The notes beneath the pieces are model-generated. The model ran no database searches. It was not told the origin of the DNA and saw only the letters and a program-made list of their open reading frames with translations. The position numbers and the translations under genes were made by a program. DNA of 64,000 bases from a virus. Location of the stretch: positions 22,709-86,708 of the IMG/VR virus record IMGVR_UViG_3300045131_002362, one strand, 5' to 3'. Within the stretch, counting starts at the first letter, position 1. Each line of letters opens with the position of its first letter. This document shows positions 50,090 to 60,307 of this stretch, in pieces.

Positions 50090-50842
50090 ATGGGATGGAT
50101 CGGGATAGAGTGTTCGGTGGAGGCATGGGAGCTGCGGCGGTGGGCAGATCATGTGGGGCGTTCGGGTGGTGCGCGTGTGGCGGATCTGCTGGAGAGGTGT
50201 GCGAGGCTGGTGGCTGGCGAGACGGTGGGGGTGGCTGGAGCGGACAGGATGCTGGAGATTGAGAGCAGGGCTGCGGCGGCTGTGGCGCGGATGCACGCGG
50301 AAGCGTCGGCGAAAGCATCGGCGATTGTGGGCCGGCTGATGGGGGAGGGTGCGAATCCTGTGGACGTGATGAAGGCTGCGGGGATGGACGGGTGGAGGGC
50401 GGGGAGTGCAGCGGGAGGTAAGAATGGTGGCGTTAATGCGAGGAGGCGCAAGTACCCGAGGGGGCATGCGGCGCAGGGCGTGACGGCTGAGAGGGGCGAG
50501 GCGGCGCTGAGTGTGGAATCCACGATTGCTCGGGACCGGCGGTATGGGGAGAGTTGGGCCGGATGGGCTGGAGTCGAGATGCGCAAGGACGGCTTCAAGA
50601 TGGCGCGTGTGGCGCGCGGGCTCGATATGGATGTGACAGAGGCGTGGCGGCATGTGAGTGGATGGGCGAAGCACTGGCGTCGTGAGGCGCTGCACGGTCG
50701 GGCGTTCCCGGGGCCGCAGGCGGGGTGGTGCGAGAAGTTGAAGGAGGCGCGCGACAGGGCGATGAACGTGGGTGTGAAGGGACGGCGCCCGGTGAACAAC
50801 GGGAGCGGCGACTTCGGACAAGACAGGGAGACAGAGACATGA
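50090..50842 (+). CDS. Arg/Gly/Trp-rich hypothetical protein, probably DNA-binding
   Basis: GGGAGG RBS; AGGKNGG..ARRRK basic patch; first gene of the rightward arm. Confidence 0.6.
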   Translation: MGWIGIECSVEAWELRRWADHVGRSGGARVADLLERCARLVAGETVGVAGADRMLEIESRAAAAVARMHAEASAKASAIVGRLMGEGANPVDVMKAAGMDGWRAGSAAGGKNGGVNARRRKYPRGHAAQGVTAERGEAALSVESTIARDRRYGESWAGWAGVEMRKDGFKMARVARGLDMDVTEAWRHVSGWAKHWRREALHGRAFPGPQAGWCEKLKEARDRAMNVGVKGRRPVNNGSGDFGQDRETET

Positions 50843-51588
50843 GCGAGACGGATGTGAAAGAGGAGCCGGCGGCATGCGAGGTGCTTCCGCCCGAGAACAG
50901 AGCGGCGGTAGCAACCGTGACCCAGCAACCTGATCTGCCTGAGCTGCCGAAAGGGGCGATGGCGGTGGGCGACATACGGTTCGGTATTACGTGCACGGAT
51001 GAGCCGATAGGCACGCGACACTGGCTGGCTGATTCTTCGGGGTGCGGCGACCTCATCATGGCGCTTCCGTCCTCGGTACTCATCGCTGGGCGGTCGAAGG
51101 AGGCCGGCGGTGTAGCTGTGGACATGGGGATGTTTTTGGACAGCATCATCGAAGGCGTGGGGAAGTTCACTGCGATGCAGGGGATCGCGGAAGTCTCGTC
51201 GCTTCCCGTGTGGGCAGTCAACCGGCTGTTCGGCACATTCCCGGTGCTGATGGACGTGTACCACGAGGCGATGGACCAGGCCGTACTGCTGGTAGAGGCG
51301 GCAAGTATGAAGGCGGCGATCGGCATGCAGGTGCAGAACGTCCGCAAGATGCGCAAGACGAAGGTGGGAGCGCCCGGCATCGCGATCTCGGCCAGCGGCA
51401 AGGTGGTGGAGACGCCCGGAGAGAAGACGGAGGAGAATAGCGAGGAGACGCTCGACAAGCACATTCCTCCTGACGCCACGCTGTCGAAGCTGATCCTCAC
51501 GTCGCGGATGAAGAGCCGGTACAAGGACGAGGGCGGCGTACGTCAGGCGATCCAGATCAATATCAGTGGCGCGGAGGCACGGCTATGA
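50839..51588 (+). CDS. probable terminase small subunit
   Basis: HTH-like segment followed by KAAIG...KHIPPDATLSKLILTSRMKSRYKD, a TerS-like C-terminus; upstream of TerL. Confidence 0.6.
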   Translation: MSETDVKEEPAACEVLPPENRAAVATVTQQPDLPELPKGAMAVGDIRFGITCTDEPIGTRHWLADSSGCGDLIMALPSSVLIAGRSKEAGGVAVDMGMFLDSIIEGVGKFTAMQGIAEVSSLPVWAVNRLFGTFPVLMDVYHEAMDQAVLLVEAASMKAAIGMQVQNVRKMRKTKVGAPGIAISASGKVVETPGEKTEENSEETLDKHIPPDATLSKLILTSRMKSRYKDEGGVRQAIQINISGAEARL

Positions 51589-51773
51589 TCGGGTTGTTGC
51601 GGGAGATCCCCGCGCTGGTATGGTACGCGATCCTGTTCGCCTGCGCCTGGGTATGGCGGGAGGTGCATGGCCGTCACGAGGAGACGGTTGTGCGAAGGGG
51701 ACGATTGGGGGAGCCACCTGTCGTGTACCGCGTCAATCTGCGGACGGGCCGGAGCAGAAGGGTCAGGTGAGCT

Positions 51774-52139
51774 GTGGGCAAGTGGTCATGGAACGCGAAT
51801 ACGGCGAGGCGCGTGAACGGGTTCGGCAATCCGGTCGACCGTGCGCCGGCCGTGCGCGATAACGACGGCCGTCTCGTTCCCGAGTGGCGTAGGCGCGCGA
51901 TCCTACCTCCGGATCTACGGGTTGGAGCGGACGATCCGGAAGACCCTCGTCTGCATCCCGAGAACTTTCCGCCGGCCCGCATGTGGGCGCACTACTTTGA
52001 GGGCGCGCGAGATCCGAGACGGTGCGCTAACCTCGACAGGGCGATTGCCGACGGGCTCTGCGTGGCCCTCGGAGCGGTTGCCGGCGTGTACACGCCCGCG
52101 CAGATCCTCGACCAGGTATACGGAAGGAGACCGAGATGA
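51774..52139 (+). CDS. hypothetical protein
   Basis: ORF track; stop overlaps the start of 52136-52387. Confidence 0.5.
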   Translation: MGKWSWNANTARRVNGFGNPVDRAPAVRDNDGRLVPEWRRRAILPPDLRVGADDPEDPRLHPENFPPARMWAHYFEGARDPRRCANLDRAIADGLCVALGAVAGVYTPAQILDQVYGRRPR

Positions 52140-52993
52140 ACCCTCTGTCACAGGCGCTTGACGACGAAATCTTCGAGCGGAGGCTCCGCGCCAACACGGA
52201 GTTGTCTCCGGAGGACAAGGCCCGCAGGCTCTCAAAGCTGGAGAGCGAGGCGTGCCGGGACAGGGTGCGCGCAGAGCTGGACTTCGGCCAGCGGTTCGAC
52301 GTTCTGGAATATGCCGCCGACATCCCGCTGATACCGGCCTGTGGCAGCACACTTCCGTCCGCACTCGCCATGCACACGCGCAAGTAAACAGTACGTATAG
52401 GGCTCTCGGACGGTAGTCCCTCGTAATCCCATTGTGATGGCCTGCATCGGAGGCTTGCGCGAGGCCGCAAAATGCGGGCACAATCCGCAACAGAATCTAG
52501 TGAAGTCGATAAATACGGCTTGGCTGCCATCGGTGACGTTCTTTCGGAATACCGAAAGATCGACCGTAAACTTCGTTTACTGTTCGCTCTTGGTTCTTGA
52601 AGGAACACGCTTCACCGATGGCGGGACCGTGGCTGGACTATATTGGGCACATCTCCCCAGCCGCCTCTCCAAATCTAACATATTTTGGAACGAAAAGCGA
52701 AGAGGTTTTGGATTACAGTTTTGTAACGATCCACAAATGAGTCAGAATCAAGGTTTTATGACTCTTTGGTCGGAAAACCGTATGGGGAAATTTCCCTTGG
52801 AGGTCGATTTTTCAATACGTGAGCCTCGGCTAACTTCAAAAGTGCCTCTTTTTGAACAACTTACGGCTTTTTGAGCCTGTTTTGAACATTACAGTGCTGT
52901 AATGTTCGATTTTCGACGAAATAGGCGTTTTCGTAGAATATTCCCCCATTGACACTTGACCCAACATGCTTTTTCTGAAATCATTACGGCGAA

Positions 52994-54352
52994 ATGCAGC
53001 CGACGCCACTCACACAAAGCGAAATGAACGCGGAATTGACGAGACCTTTCCGCTTGAACGCGAAACAAGAGATCGCACTCGGTTTCATGACCGACGATCT
53101 CGCCAGGCACCATCTTCTACTTGGCGGTTCGCGATCCGGAAAGACGTTCATTGCAGTTCGTGCGATTATTCTGCGCGCGCTGACGTACAACCGGTCCCGC
53201 CACCTATGTCTTCGTCTTCACCGCGTGACCGCCGAGAAGTATCTCTGGAAGCAGACGATGAAGGATGTCGTTGAGAAGTGCTTCCAAGGCGTCGCCTTCG
53301 AGTACAACAACTCCCGCATGATCCTCACCTGCCCGAATGGTAGCACAGTGTGGTTCGGCGGACTCGATGAAGGCAAGGACAGCGACGGTCTTCTCGGATC
53401 GGACTGGAACACGATCCTATTCGACGAGGCCAACGAGATGCTTCCCGAGGGCATGCAGAAGGCCCGTACGCGTCTCTCGCTCAAATCCTTCAGCGTCGAC
53501 GGCCGCATGTGCATCAACCGCTCCTTCGCGACGGTCAACCCGACGTACAAGACCCATCACCTCTATCACACCTATGTCGAGAAGTTCGATGTCTTTCGCG
53601 GTCTACCAATGTCCGCAGAGTCGGCCTCGATGTACAACTGGTGTCGGATCAATCCCTGCGACAATCTCGAGAATCTCTCAAATGACTATCTTCGCGAACT
53701 CGAATCTTTGTCGCCCGAGAACCGCAAGCGCTTCCTAGAGGGCGAGTGGAGCGAGGAGAGCAAGGATGCGCTGTTCAAGTCCGGCGACATAAACCGCAAT
53801 CGCGTCAAGACCTTCGAGGAGGTCGCAGCGATTAACTTCGACAAGATCGTCGTGGGTGTCGACCCGGCCGTTACGAGCGGTGCCAAGGCGGACATGACCG
53901 GCATCATCGTCGTCGGATGGACGCGCCCGAAGTCGTTCGACCGCCGTTCTTCCGGCCAGTACTACCTACTCGCCGACTACAGCCTGAACGGGACACCCGA
54001 GGAATGGGCGCAGGCAGTTTACGAGGCATACACCCATTGGAAGGCGGATCTCGTCGTCGGCGAGGCGAACAACGGCGGCGACCTGGTGGAGACGAATATC
54101 CGATCCGTCAGCCGCGTGATACCATTCAAGAAGGTGTGGGCCTCGCGCGGGAAGGCGATCCGCGCCCAGCCTGTCGCCGCTCTCTGCGCGCACGGTGATC
54201 TGCACGTCGCTGTCAGTCTGCCCGAGTTGGAGGGCGAGATGGTCGGGTGGAATCCGGATTCCGGTGAACCCTCACCGAACCGGCTCGATGCAATGGTGTG
54301 GGGAGTGTCGTGCTGCATCGGCAGCAAAACCAAGGAGGCGAGAATCATATGA
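52994..54352 (+). CDS. terL: terminase large subunit
   Basis: Walker A GGSRSGKT, Walker B ILFDEA, TVNP, RFLEGEW, nuclease VGVDPA, EANNGGD, SPNRLDA. Confidence 0.95.
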   Translation: MQPTPLTQSEMNAELTRPFRLNAKQEIALGFMTDDLARHHLLLGGSRSGKTFIAVRAIILRALTYNRSRHLCLRLHRVTAEKYLWKQTMKDVVEKCFQGVAFEYNNSRMILTCPNGSTVWFGGLDEGKDSDGLLGSDWNTILFDEANEMLPEGMQKARTRLSLKSFSVDGRMCINRSFATVNPTYKTHHLYHTYVEKFDVFRGLPMSAESASMYNWCRINPCDNLENLSNDYLRELESLSPENRKRFLEGEWSEESKDALFKSGDINRNRVKTFEEVAAINFDKIVVGVDPAVTSGAKADMTGIIVVGWTRPKSFDRRSSGQYYLLADYSLNGTPEEWAQAVYEAYTHWKADLVVGEANNGGDLVETNIRSVSRVIPFKKVWASRGKAIRAQPVAALCAHGDLHVAVSLPELEGEMVGWNPDSGEPSPNRLDAMVWGVSCCIGSKTKEARII

Positions 54353-54723
54353 GGAAAGACAGAAATCCGGAGTTCTTCAAGCGCGATCTGATTTTTGCGC
54401 ACGCCTGCGAAAAATGTGCTAGAGCGAGTCGATGCGCATTCAAGACATCACCAGAAGGTCCCGAGGAGGTTTGTTGGCAGTTGGTAATTGGGGGAACGTA
54501 CAACTGTGAGAGTTGTGTTCGACACAACATAAATGGCGGCTGCACGTTTAAATGTATCTTCGCAAAAGAACTTGTTGTCGAAGAAGCCCCTGTCCGCAAC
54601 ATTTTGCACGTCGAAAAGAAAAGTATGCACGACGAGTTTGCAGAACGCAACCATGTCTTTCCAAAACATGTGCGGCTCGATCTTCTACTCGGAGAGATGA
54701 TAGAGAAAGATCTGGATGGCTGA
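54349..54723 (+). CDS. Cys-rich hypothetical protein
   Basis: CEKC....C, CESC, C...C; ATG overlaps the terL stop. Confidence 0.6.
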   Translation: MRKDRNPEFFKRDLIFAHACEKCARASRCAFKTSPEGPEEVCWQLVIGGTYNCESCVRHNINGGCTFKCIFAKELVVEEAPVRNILHVEKKSMHDEFAERNHVFPKHVRLDLLLGEMIEKDLDG

Positions 54724-54789
54724 GCCAAATCCGTCGTTGTTGTTCCAAAAACCCCTTTGATGTAAGATCATGACGATTTTAGGTGAACT

Positions 54790-56424
54790 ATGGCCGAAAT
54801 TGACAGCAAAACAACTCCGGAAGCCGCGATCCCGTCTGTGACAGGGAAACCGACGGGAAAATCGGCCGATATCAAGGCGTTGGACTACGTTTTGCGCGAC
54901 GAACGCGGTCTCGGACCTCTCTTCGGGATGGATTCGGCGACGGAACGCGTCTGGCGCAACTGCCGGTATCCTGTGCGGGTCACGTTTGAGGACTACTATC
55001 GGATGTACAGCCGCAACAACGTGGCTGCTCGTGTGATCGAGACGTTCCCCGACTACACCTGGAGCGCGATCCCCTTTGTCACCGACAAGGGAGGGGCCAA
55101 GGGACGCTTCGCTAAGTCTGTATCAACTCTTCTCTCGACGCACTACAAACTGCAAGACGGCGTGAGTCAGAGTCTACTGTCCTCGATGAAGCAGCTCGAC
55201 GTGCTCGGCGGTATTGGTGGAGAATCCCTACTAGTTTTCGGGTTTTCGGACAGCGGAACGCTTTCGTCGAAGGTCAGTGGGGCTTCCGGAACGAAGATAT
55301 CGTGGATCAAGATTCTCCACAACGGGCAGTTTGAGGTCGAAGCGCGAAATGAAGACAGCGCCTCCACGGACTTTGGCGATGTGGTTTTGTACAAAACAAA
55401 GGCTTTTTCCGACAACGGGGATCTGAATTTCGCCTCCCAGATCGCCCCCGGCGTTTCGATTCACGCCAGCCGCTGCGTGCATTTCAAGGAGTCGAACGGC
55501 CTATCTTACGGCACGTCGAGAATTCAGAAGTGCTACAACCAGCTTCTCGACATCACTAAGCTGGCCGGCGCGTCCGCAGAGGTGTACTGGCTCGGTGCGT
55601 TCAGCGGTCTCGCTATCGAGAGCGACCCTAATGCTACGGTTAGCGACGACGCTTATCTGCGGATGAAGCAGGAGACACGCAAGTACTTCGACGGACTGGA
55701 GCGCTCGCTCATCTTCGACGGCGCTACCTCGAAGCTGCTGTACCCCGCGATCGTGTCGCCGAAAGATCATTTCGATCTCCAGATTACGATGATCTCGATT
55801 GCCACCGCTGTCCCGAGGCGCTTCCTTACAGGTGCCGAGGCCGCGAAGCTCGCCTCGCAGCAGGACACACTCAACTGGGACACGCGCGTCATCAACAGGC
55901 GTGAGACTTTCTCCGGTCCTCGAGTAGTCTCGCCCGTAGTGCAGCGCTGCATCGACGCGGGTGTCATTCAGCGACCTTCCGGTGATACGTTCGGCGTGAT
56001 CTGGCCTCGCGTGCAGTCCGTGGCCCTCAACGAGCGGGCTGACGCCGCGCGCAACATGACGGCGGCCTGGCAAGCCTACGGCACGTCCGGCCTGTCGAAG
56101 GTCATGTCGTTCGGCACGTATCTTCTTTACGCATGCGGCTTTGGTGAGTCGGAAGCTCTTGATATCGAGTCCAAGATCCAGGCTGGCAAATGGGCAGAAG
56201 TGGAGAAGCTGGCCGCAGCCGCAAAGGCACCGTCCCAAACGTCGGGTGCGCCAGGTAAAACCGACAGCCCAGACAAGAAAGACATGTCCGATCTTGAAGA
56301 GCGCGTAGCCGAGATTGAAGCGCGCATGGATGAAACGCCAACGCCATCCTCAGTGTCATGGCAGGATCGGCCCGAAAATAAAAACCCGAAACGGATAGGT
56401 GGAACAAATGGCCAAGCAGAATAA
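54790..56424 (+). CDS. portal protein (DUF1073-like)
   Basis: YSRNNVAARVIETFPDYTW, IHASRCVHF, ATAVPRRFLTG...ASQQD; located between TerL and the protease. Confidence 0.85.
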   Translation: MAEIDSKTTPEAAIPSVTGKPTGKSADIKALDYVLRDERGLGPLFGMDSATERVWRNCRYPVRVTFEDYYRMYSRNNVAARVIETFPDYTWSAIPFVTDKGGAKGRFAKSVSTLLSTHYKLQDGVSQSLLSSMKQLDVLGGIGGESLLVFGFSDSGTLSSKVSGASGTKISWIKILHNGQFEVEARNEDSASTDFGDVVLYKTKAFSDNGDLNFASQIAPGVSIHASRCVHFKESNGLSYGTSRIQKCYNQLLDITKLAGASAEVYWLGAFSGLAIESDPNATVSDDAYLRMKQETRKYFDGLERSLIFDGATSKLLYPAIVSPKDHFDLQITMISIATAVPRRFLTGAEAAKLASQQDTLNWDTRVINRRETFSGPRVVSPVVQRCIDAGVIQRPSGDTFGVIWPRVQSVALNERADAARNMTAAWQAYGTSGLSKVMSFGTYLLYACGFGESEALDIESKIQAGKWAEVEKLAAAAKAPSQTSGAPGKTDSPDKKDMSDLEERVAEIEARMDETPTPSSVSWQDRPENKNPKRIGGTNGQAE

Positions 56425-57739
56425 GACCGGCGGAAAACGCCATGTGATGATCGTCGGGGCCGTCGTGTCCGGGCGAAGCGGTGCGGGTTGGTACGGAGGC
56501 CGCTACACCGGTGCTGAGAGTGTGCTGAAAGAGATCGGCGCTTCCGGCGATATCGATGTGTACGTCAACTCTCCCGGGGGCAGTGTCTTCGCCGGCTTCG
56601 AGATCCTGAACGCTCTGAATGCGGCGACGGCAGCGGGGCGCACCGTAAACATCTACGTGAGCGCCATGGCGGCATCGATCGCATCTTACATCTCCTCCGG
56701 AGTCAAGGGTGCCAAGGTAATCGTTGCGGAGAATGCGAAGTTGATGTTTCATGCGCCGTGGACCGGTGTTCAGGGTAGCAAGGACCAGCTTCGTGACACC
56801 GCCGACCTCTTGGAGAAGATGGAGGACGACATCATGGCCGCGATCGTCTCGCGCGGCGCCAAAGAGGATCGTTCGTGGATGGCTGCCGGGCGCGCGAAAT
56901 GGCTCTCGGCTAAAGAGGCTGTCGCGGCCAAACTGGCCGATGAGATCGGCAACCCTCCCACCGAGCTTCTCGAAAGTGTGGCGTCGTTTGGTGATTCTCA
57001 CGGCTCTCGCGGCGACGAAGAAGGATGGGACAGTGCCAGTGCAATGTCCGGGGCCGATCGGTACGCCGCCGCCTGTTCGATTGAAGGGTATGCTCAGGCG
57101 CTCGCGGAGGATCGTTTTGGCGAGGGGACCGTGGCACAAATCTTCCCCGATGGGACAATGAAAATCTCCAAAAAGGACGGCTCTGAAACGTTGTTGAAGT
57201 ATCGGGCCGATTCGCATAACATCCTCGACATCGATTGGGAATCAGCTTCTTTTGAGACCAAACAGGAGAATCATATGAACGAAAAAGAGAAAGCCGAAGC
57301 GGCCCTGAAGGCCAAGGAAGAGGCTGACGCGAAGCTCAAGGCCGAAGCGGACGCGAAGGCGAAAGCCGATGCGGATGCGAAAGCCAAGGCGGATGCCGAA
57401 GCGCTGGCTCTGAAGGCCAAGGAAGAGACTGACGCGAAGCTCAAGGCCGAAGCGGACGCGAAGGCCAAGCAGCTCCCAGAAGGCATGACGCCGGACATGG
57501 TTGCCTTCGCGCAGAAGAACTACCAAGCCGCTCGCGATCTGCACATCGCTGTCATCAAGGCCGCACCCGGATGCATCTTCACGGATGCGGAACTCGCCGA
57601 CTACAGCATCGAGATGCTCGCCAAGATGGCGAAGATCGCTGAGAAACCTGGCGCCGCCGCCAAGACCGACAACTCCATCGTTGACCCCTCGCTCAAGCCG
57701 AAGGGCAATGCCGGAAGCCTCCCTCCCCCTGAGAACTAA
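56408..57739 (+). CDS. ClpP-type prohead protease fused to scaffold
   Basis: VNSPGGSVFAG, AASIASY (catalytic Ser), LMFHAPW (His), WLSAKEAV; Ala/Lys/Glu-rich C-terminal region. Confidence 0.9.
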   Translation: MAKQNKTGGKRHVMIVGAVVSGRSGAGWYGGRYTGAESVLKEIGASGDIDVYVNSPGGSVFAGFEILNALNAATAAGRTVNIYVSAMAASIASYISSGVKGAKVIVAENAKLMFHAPWTGVQGSKDQLRDTADLLEKMEDDIMAAIVSRGAKEDRSWMAAGRAKWLSAKEAVAAKLADEIGNPPTELLESVASFGDSHGSRGDEEGWDSASAMSGADRYAAACSIEGYAQALAEDRFGEGTVAQIFPDGTMKISKKDGSETLLKYRADSHNILDIDWESASFETKQENHMNEKEKAEAALKAKEEADAKLKAEADAKAKADADAKAKADAEALALKAKEETDAKLKAEADAKAKQLPEGMTPDMVAFAQKNYQAARDLHIAVIKAAPGCIFTDAELADYSIEMLAKMAKIAEKPGAAAKTDNSIVDPSLKPKGNAGSLPPPEN

Positions 57740-57757
57740 GAAAGAAGGAACCTCAAC

Positions 57758-58222
57758 ATGAGCAGATTCAAGACAGTAGTCCCGGTTCCCCTCGGCGAGA
57801 TCCGTCGTATCGAGGGTAAGCTCGGCGCAGCGGCCAAGGCCGGCATCCTTTTGACCGCCAGCGACGCGTTCGCGGCGGGTGACTCCACGCACGCGCAGTC
57901 CGACGGTGCGACCTTCGCCCTCAACGGCGCGGGCAACAACGCTGGTGTGATGATTCTGATGGAGCAGCAGGACTTTGTGACCGAAGAGATCACGGCCGAA
58001 CGCGCGATCAACACCTGGGGTCGCGCCCATGTGCTGAAGAGCGGTGAGGAGGTCACGGTGATCCTGAGTGCGGCGGCGGCGATCGTTTCTGGCGACTTGC
58101 TGGACACCGCAGCCAACGGCACGGTCGTCAAGGGCACCACGGCTCCGAAGTTCACCGCCATCGAAACCGCCACCGCCCAGTCGACCGGCGACGGCCTCCG
58201 CATTTTGGCTCGCGTTCTGTAA
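57758..58222 (+). CDS. capsid decoration/cement protein
   Basis: Small Ala/Gly/Thr-rich beta protein between scaffold and capsid; IVSGDLL..ANG.V. Confidence 0.7.
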   Translation: MSRFKTVVPVPLGEIRRIEGKLGAAAKAGILLTASDAFAAGDSTHAQSDGATFALNGAGNNAGVMILMEQQDFVTEEITAERAINTWGRAHVLKSGEEVTVILSAAAAIVSGDLLDTAANGTVVKGTTAPKFTAIETATAQSTGDGLRILARVL

Positions 58223-58248
58223 CGCGGCACGAGAAAGGAAACGAGAAC

Positions 58249-59370
58249 ATGAGCAACAGCACACTTGAGAGAACCCTCGGCCGCCGGTTTTTCACCAAAG
58301 GCGACGGCAAGGTCTACCTGACGCTCCCGACGGGAAAGGTCGGCGAAGACGGCAAGCCGGTGTATGAGGATCGCGTGATGTCCGATTCGGCCATCGACGC
58401 GAGCGCCGCGCTGACTGTGACGGAGTACAAGCAGGTCGATACGGTCGTCACCGAGATCGCGAAGACGGCGGAACGCTTCACTGCGTGGATGCTCAGTCTG
58501 ACCGGGTGCGTCGATCGTTTCGACGGGCTGAAGCGCATGACCTACTGGTATCAGCGCCGGACGGGCAACACCAGCTCGCGCATGACGATGAACCTCGAGG
58601 ATGACGCGCCGGGCACCACGATCTCGACCGAAGAGGATGGCGTTCCTCTGCCGCTCGAGTTCGCAGACTGGAGCACGAGCATCCGCAGCGATCCTGTCGC
58701 GTCGGCATCGGCCGGCGAGGATGTTGCCGCGCAGAAGGCCGCCGGCACTGCCGACGCGGTTGCGACGGGGCTGGATCTGCGTCAGCTAAACGGTTGGGGC
58801 GGGTTGACCTACCACGGCGTGACTGTGTACGGTTGGCGCGACGTGCCGACGAACCTCACGGTCGCTCAGAAGACCGGTGGTTGGTTATCCGACGCAGTGT
58901 CCGTCACCGATATCTACAACGATATCGTGAAGATGGTCAATCTCGCCGATGCGGCGAAGATCCCCGGTCCGTTCGTGTTGATGACCTCGCGCAACATGCG
59001 CAAGAAGCTTGCGCAGCCGTACTCGGTTACGGCGAACGGTGTGGTCACGACCCTGTGGGATCAGATCATGGGCATGGGCCGGGTTGGCGCGGGCGCACCG
59101 AGCGTGCTGGACATCTCGCAGATCAAGCTGGTCCCGCAGATGGACGAGCTGAAGGGTGGCGGCACCCCGACGGTCGGTGAGGCGTACCTGACTTCGCTGA
59201 GCGCGAAGTACTTCCGCGTGCTGAGTTATCTGCCCATGCAGAGCTTCACGATGGATCTCAAGGGCGCCATCGCCACGAAGCATCGCATGGCCGAAGGCGT
59301 GTGCCCCCTGTTCAAGAAGGACTGGTCGGGCAACTATGGCGTCGTCAAGCTGGTCGCTCCCGCTGATTAA
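58249..59370 (+). CDS. major capsid protein (HK97 fold, encapsulin/linocin-like)
   Basis: 373 aa at the canonical position; VPLPLEFADW, YGWRDVP, GPFVL; followed by a terminator. Confidence 0.8.
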   Translation: MSNSTLERTLGRRFFTKGDGKVYLTLPTGKVGEDGKPVYEDRVMSDSAIDASAALTVTEYKQVDTVVTEIAKTAERFTAWMLSLTGCVDRFDGLKRMTYWYQRRTGNTSSRMTMNLEDDAPGTTISTEEDGVPLPLEFADWSTSIRSDPVASASAGEDVAAQKAAGTADAVATGLDLRQLNGWGGLTYHGVTVYGWRDVPTNLTVAQKTGGWLSDAVSVTDIYNDIVKMVNLADAAKIPGPFVLMTSRNMRKKLAQPYSVTANGVVTTLWDQIMGMGRVGAGAPSVLDISQIKLVPQMDELKGGGTPTVGEAYLTSLSAKYFRVLSYLPMQSFTMDLKGAIATKHRMAEGVCPLFKKDWSGNYGVVKLVAPAD

Positions 59371-59397
59371 GTGACGCGCGAAGCGAACGATTCAACG

Positions 59398-59434
59398 GAA
59401 AGCCGTCCGTCCGATAGCCGGGCGGGCGGCTTTT
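59398..59434 (+). terminator. rho-independent terminator after the capsid gene
   Basis: AAAGCCGTCCGTCCG...CGGGCGGGCGGCTTTT. Confidence 0.75.
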
Positions 59435-59456
59435 CACATGAGAAAGAGGAGACGGT

Positions 59457-59858
59457 ATGAACGAGTACAAGTGCAAGTTGGGCATCCATTATGTGAGCGG
59501 CGGAAAAATGGTTCGGGCGGGCGACGTGTTCTCCGATCCGAGCGAGACGTTGGCGGACGGCGATCGCGCGCGTCATTTCGAGAAGATCGTGCCGGCGAAG
59601 GCCCCCGGAAAGACGGATGAGGAGATCGCCGCCGAGAAGGCCGAGCAGGAAGCCAAGGACAAGGCCGAGCAGGAAGCCAAGGACAAGGCCGAGCAGGAAG
59701 CCAAGGACAAGGCCGAGCAGGAAGCCAAGGACAAGGCCGAGCAGGAAGCCAAGGACAAGCTTGCAAAGGCAACTTTGAAAGCGGATGCGAAGGCCGCGAA
59801 GGCTAAGGCAAAGGCGGATGCGAAGGCCGCGAAGGCTGTCGCAGAGGCGAACGGGTAA
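59457..59858 (+). CDS. small head-associated protein with (KAEQEAKD)5 repeat
   Basis: GAGGAG RBS; position directly after the major capsid gene. Confidence 0.7.
   Translation: MNEYKCKLGIHYVSGGKMVRAGDVFSDPSETLADGDRARHFEKIVPAKAPGKTDEEIAAEKAEQEAKDKAEQEAKDKAEQEAKDKAEQEAKDKAEQEAKDKLAKATLKADAKAAKAKAKADAKAAKAVAEANG
59637..59759 (+). repeat. 24-bp tandem repeat, 5 copies
   Basis: AAGGCCGAGCAGGAAGCCAAGGAC, perfect copies. Confidence 0.95.
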
Positions 59859-59870
59859 AGGGAGGTTGTT

Positions 59871-60296
59871 ATGGGTTACGAGTACAGCGATTCCAAAAAG
59901 GTCATGATCGAGGATGAGCCGCTCGTAATCCGTGACGACGTTCTCGGCATCTGCAAAGAGATCGACGAGGACACGCCGGAGGCCGAGACAACCGAGTTCA
60001 TCCTTGCCGCTCACATCTACCTCTGCAACACGCTGGACGGCTGGGGGATCGCGCCTTCGCTGATGAAGCGGATCGAGATGTACCTTTCCGCGCACTTCGC
60101 TGCTATAACGTATTCTGTGACGCAGCGAAGTGCGATCGGGCCGCTCAGCCAGTCTTTCATGCACAAGATTGATCTTGGCTTCGATCACACACGGTACGGG
60201 CAGATGGCGAAGGCGCTCGACCCGACAGGCACGCTCGGAACGAAGCGCAGGCCCGTCAGCATGGTGAGCCTCGGCTCCGGTATCCTCACAAGCTGA
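59871..60296 (+). CDS. head-tail adaptor
   Basis: IEMYLSAHF...TRYGQMAKALDPTG; gene position. Confidence 0.75.
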   Translation: MGYEYSDSKKVMIEDEPLVIRDDVLGICKEIDEDTPEAETTEFILAAHIYLCNTLDGWGIAPSLMKRIEMYLSAHFAAITYSVTQRSAIGPLSQSFMHKIDLGFDHTRYGQMAKALDPTGTLGTKRRPVSMVSLGSGILTS

Positions 60297-60307
60297 AGGA
60301 GTACCAC

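Noticed and set aside
54249-54262. GGAATCCGGATTCC inside terL as another palindrome copy
   Set aside because: The half-sites are in the opposite order, it lies within coding sequence and it is probably chance.
54790-56424. Anti-CBASS Acb1 label sometimes attached to DUF1073-like proteins
   Set aside because: Size and position between TerL and the protease indicate a portal, and I see no HxT/HxS phosphoesterase pair.
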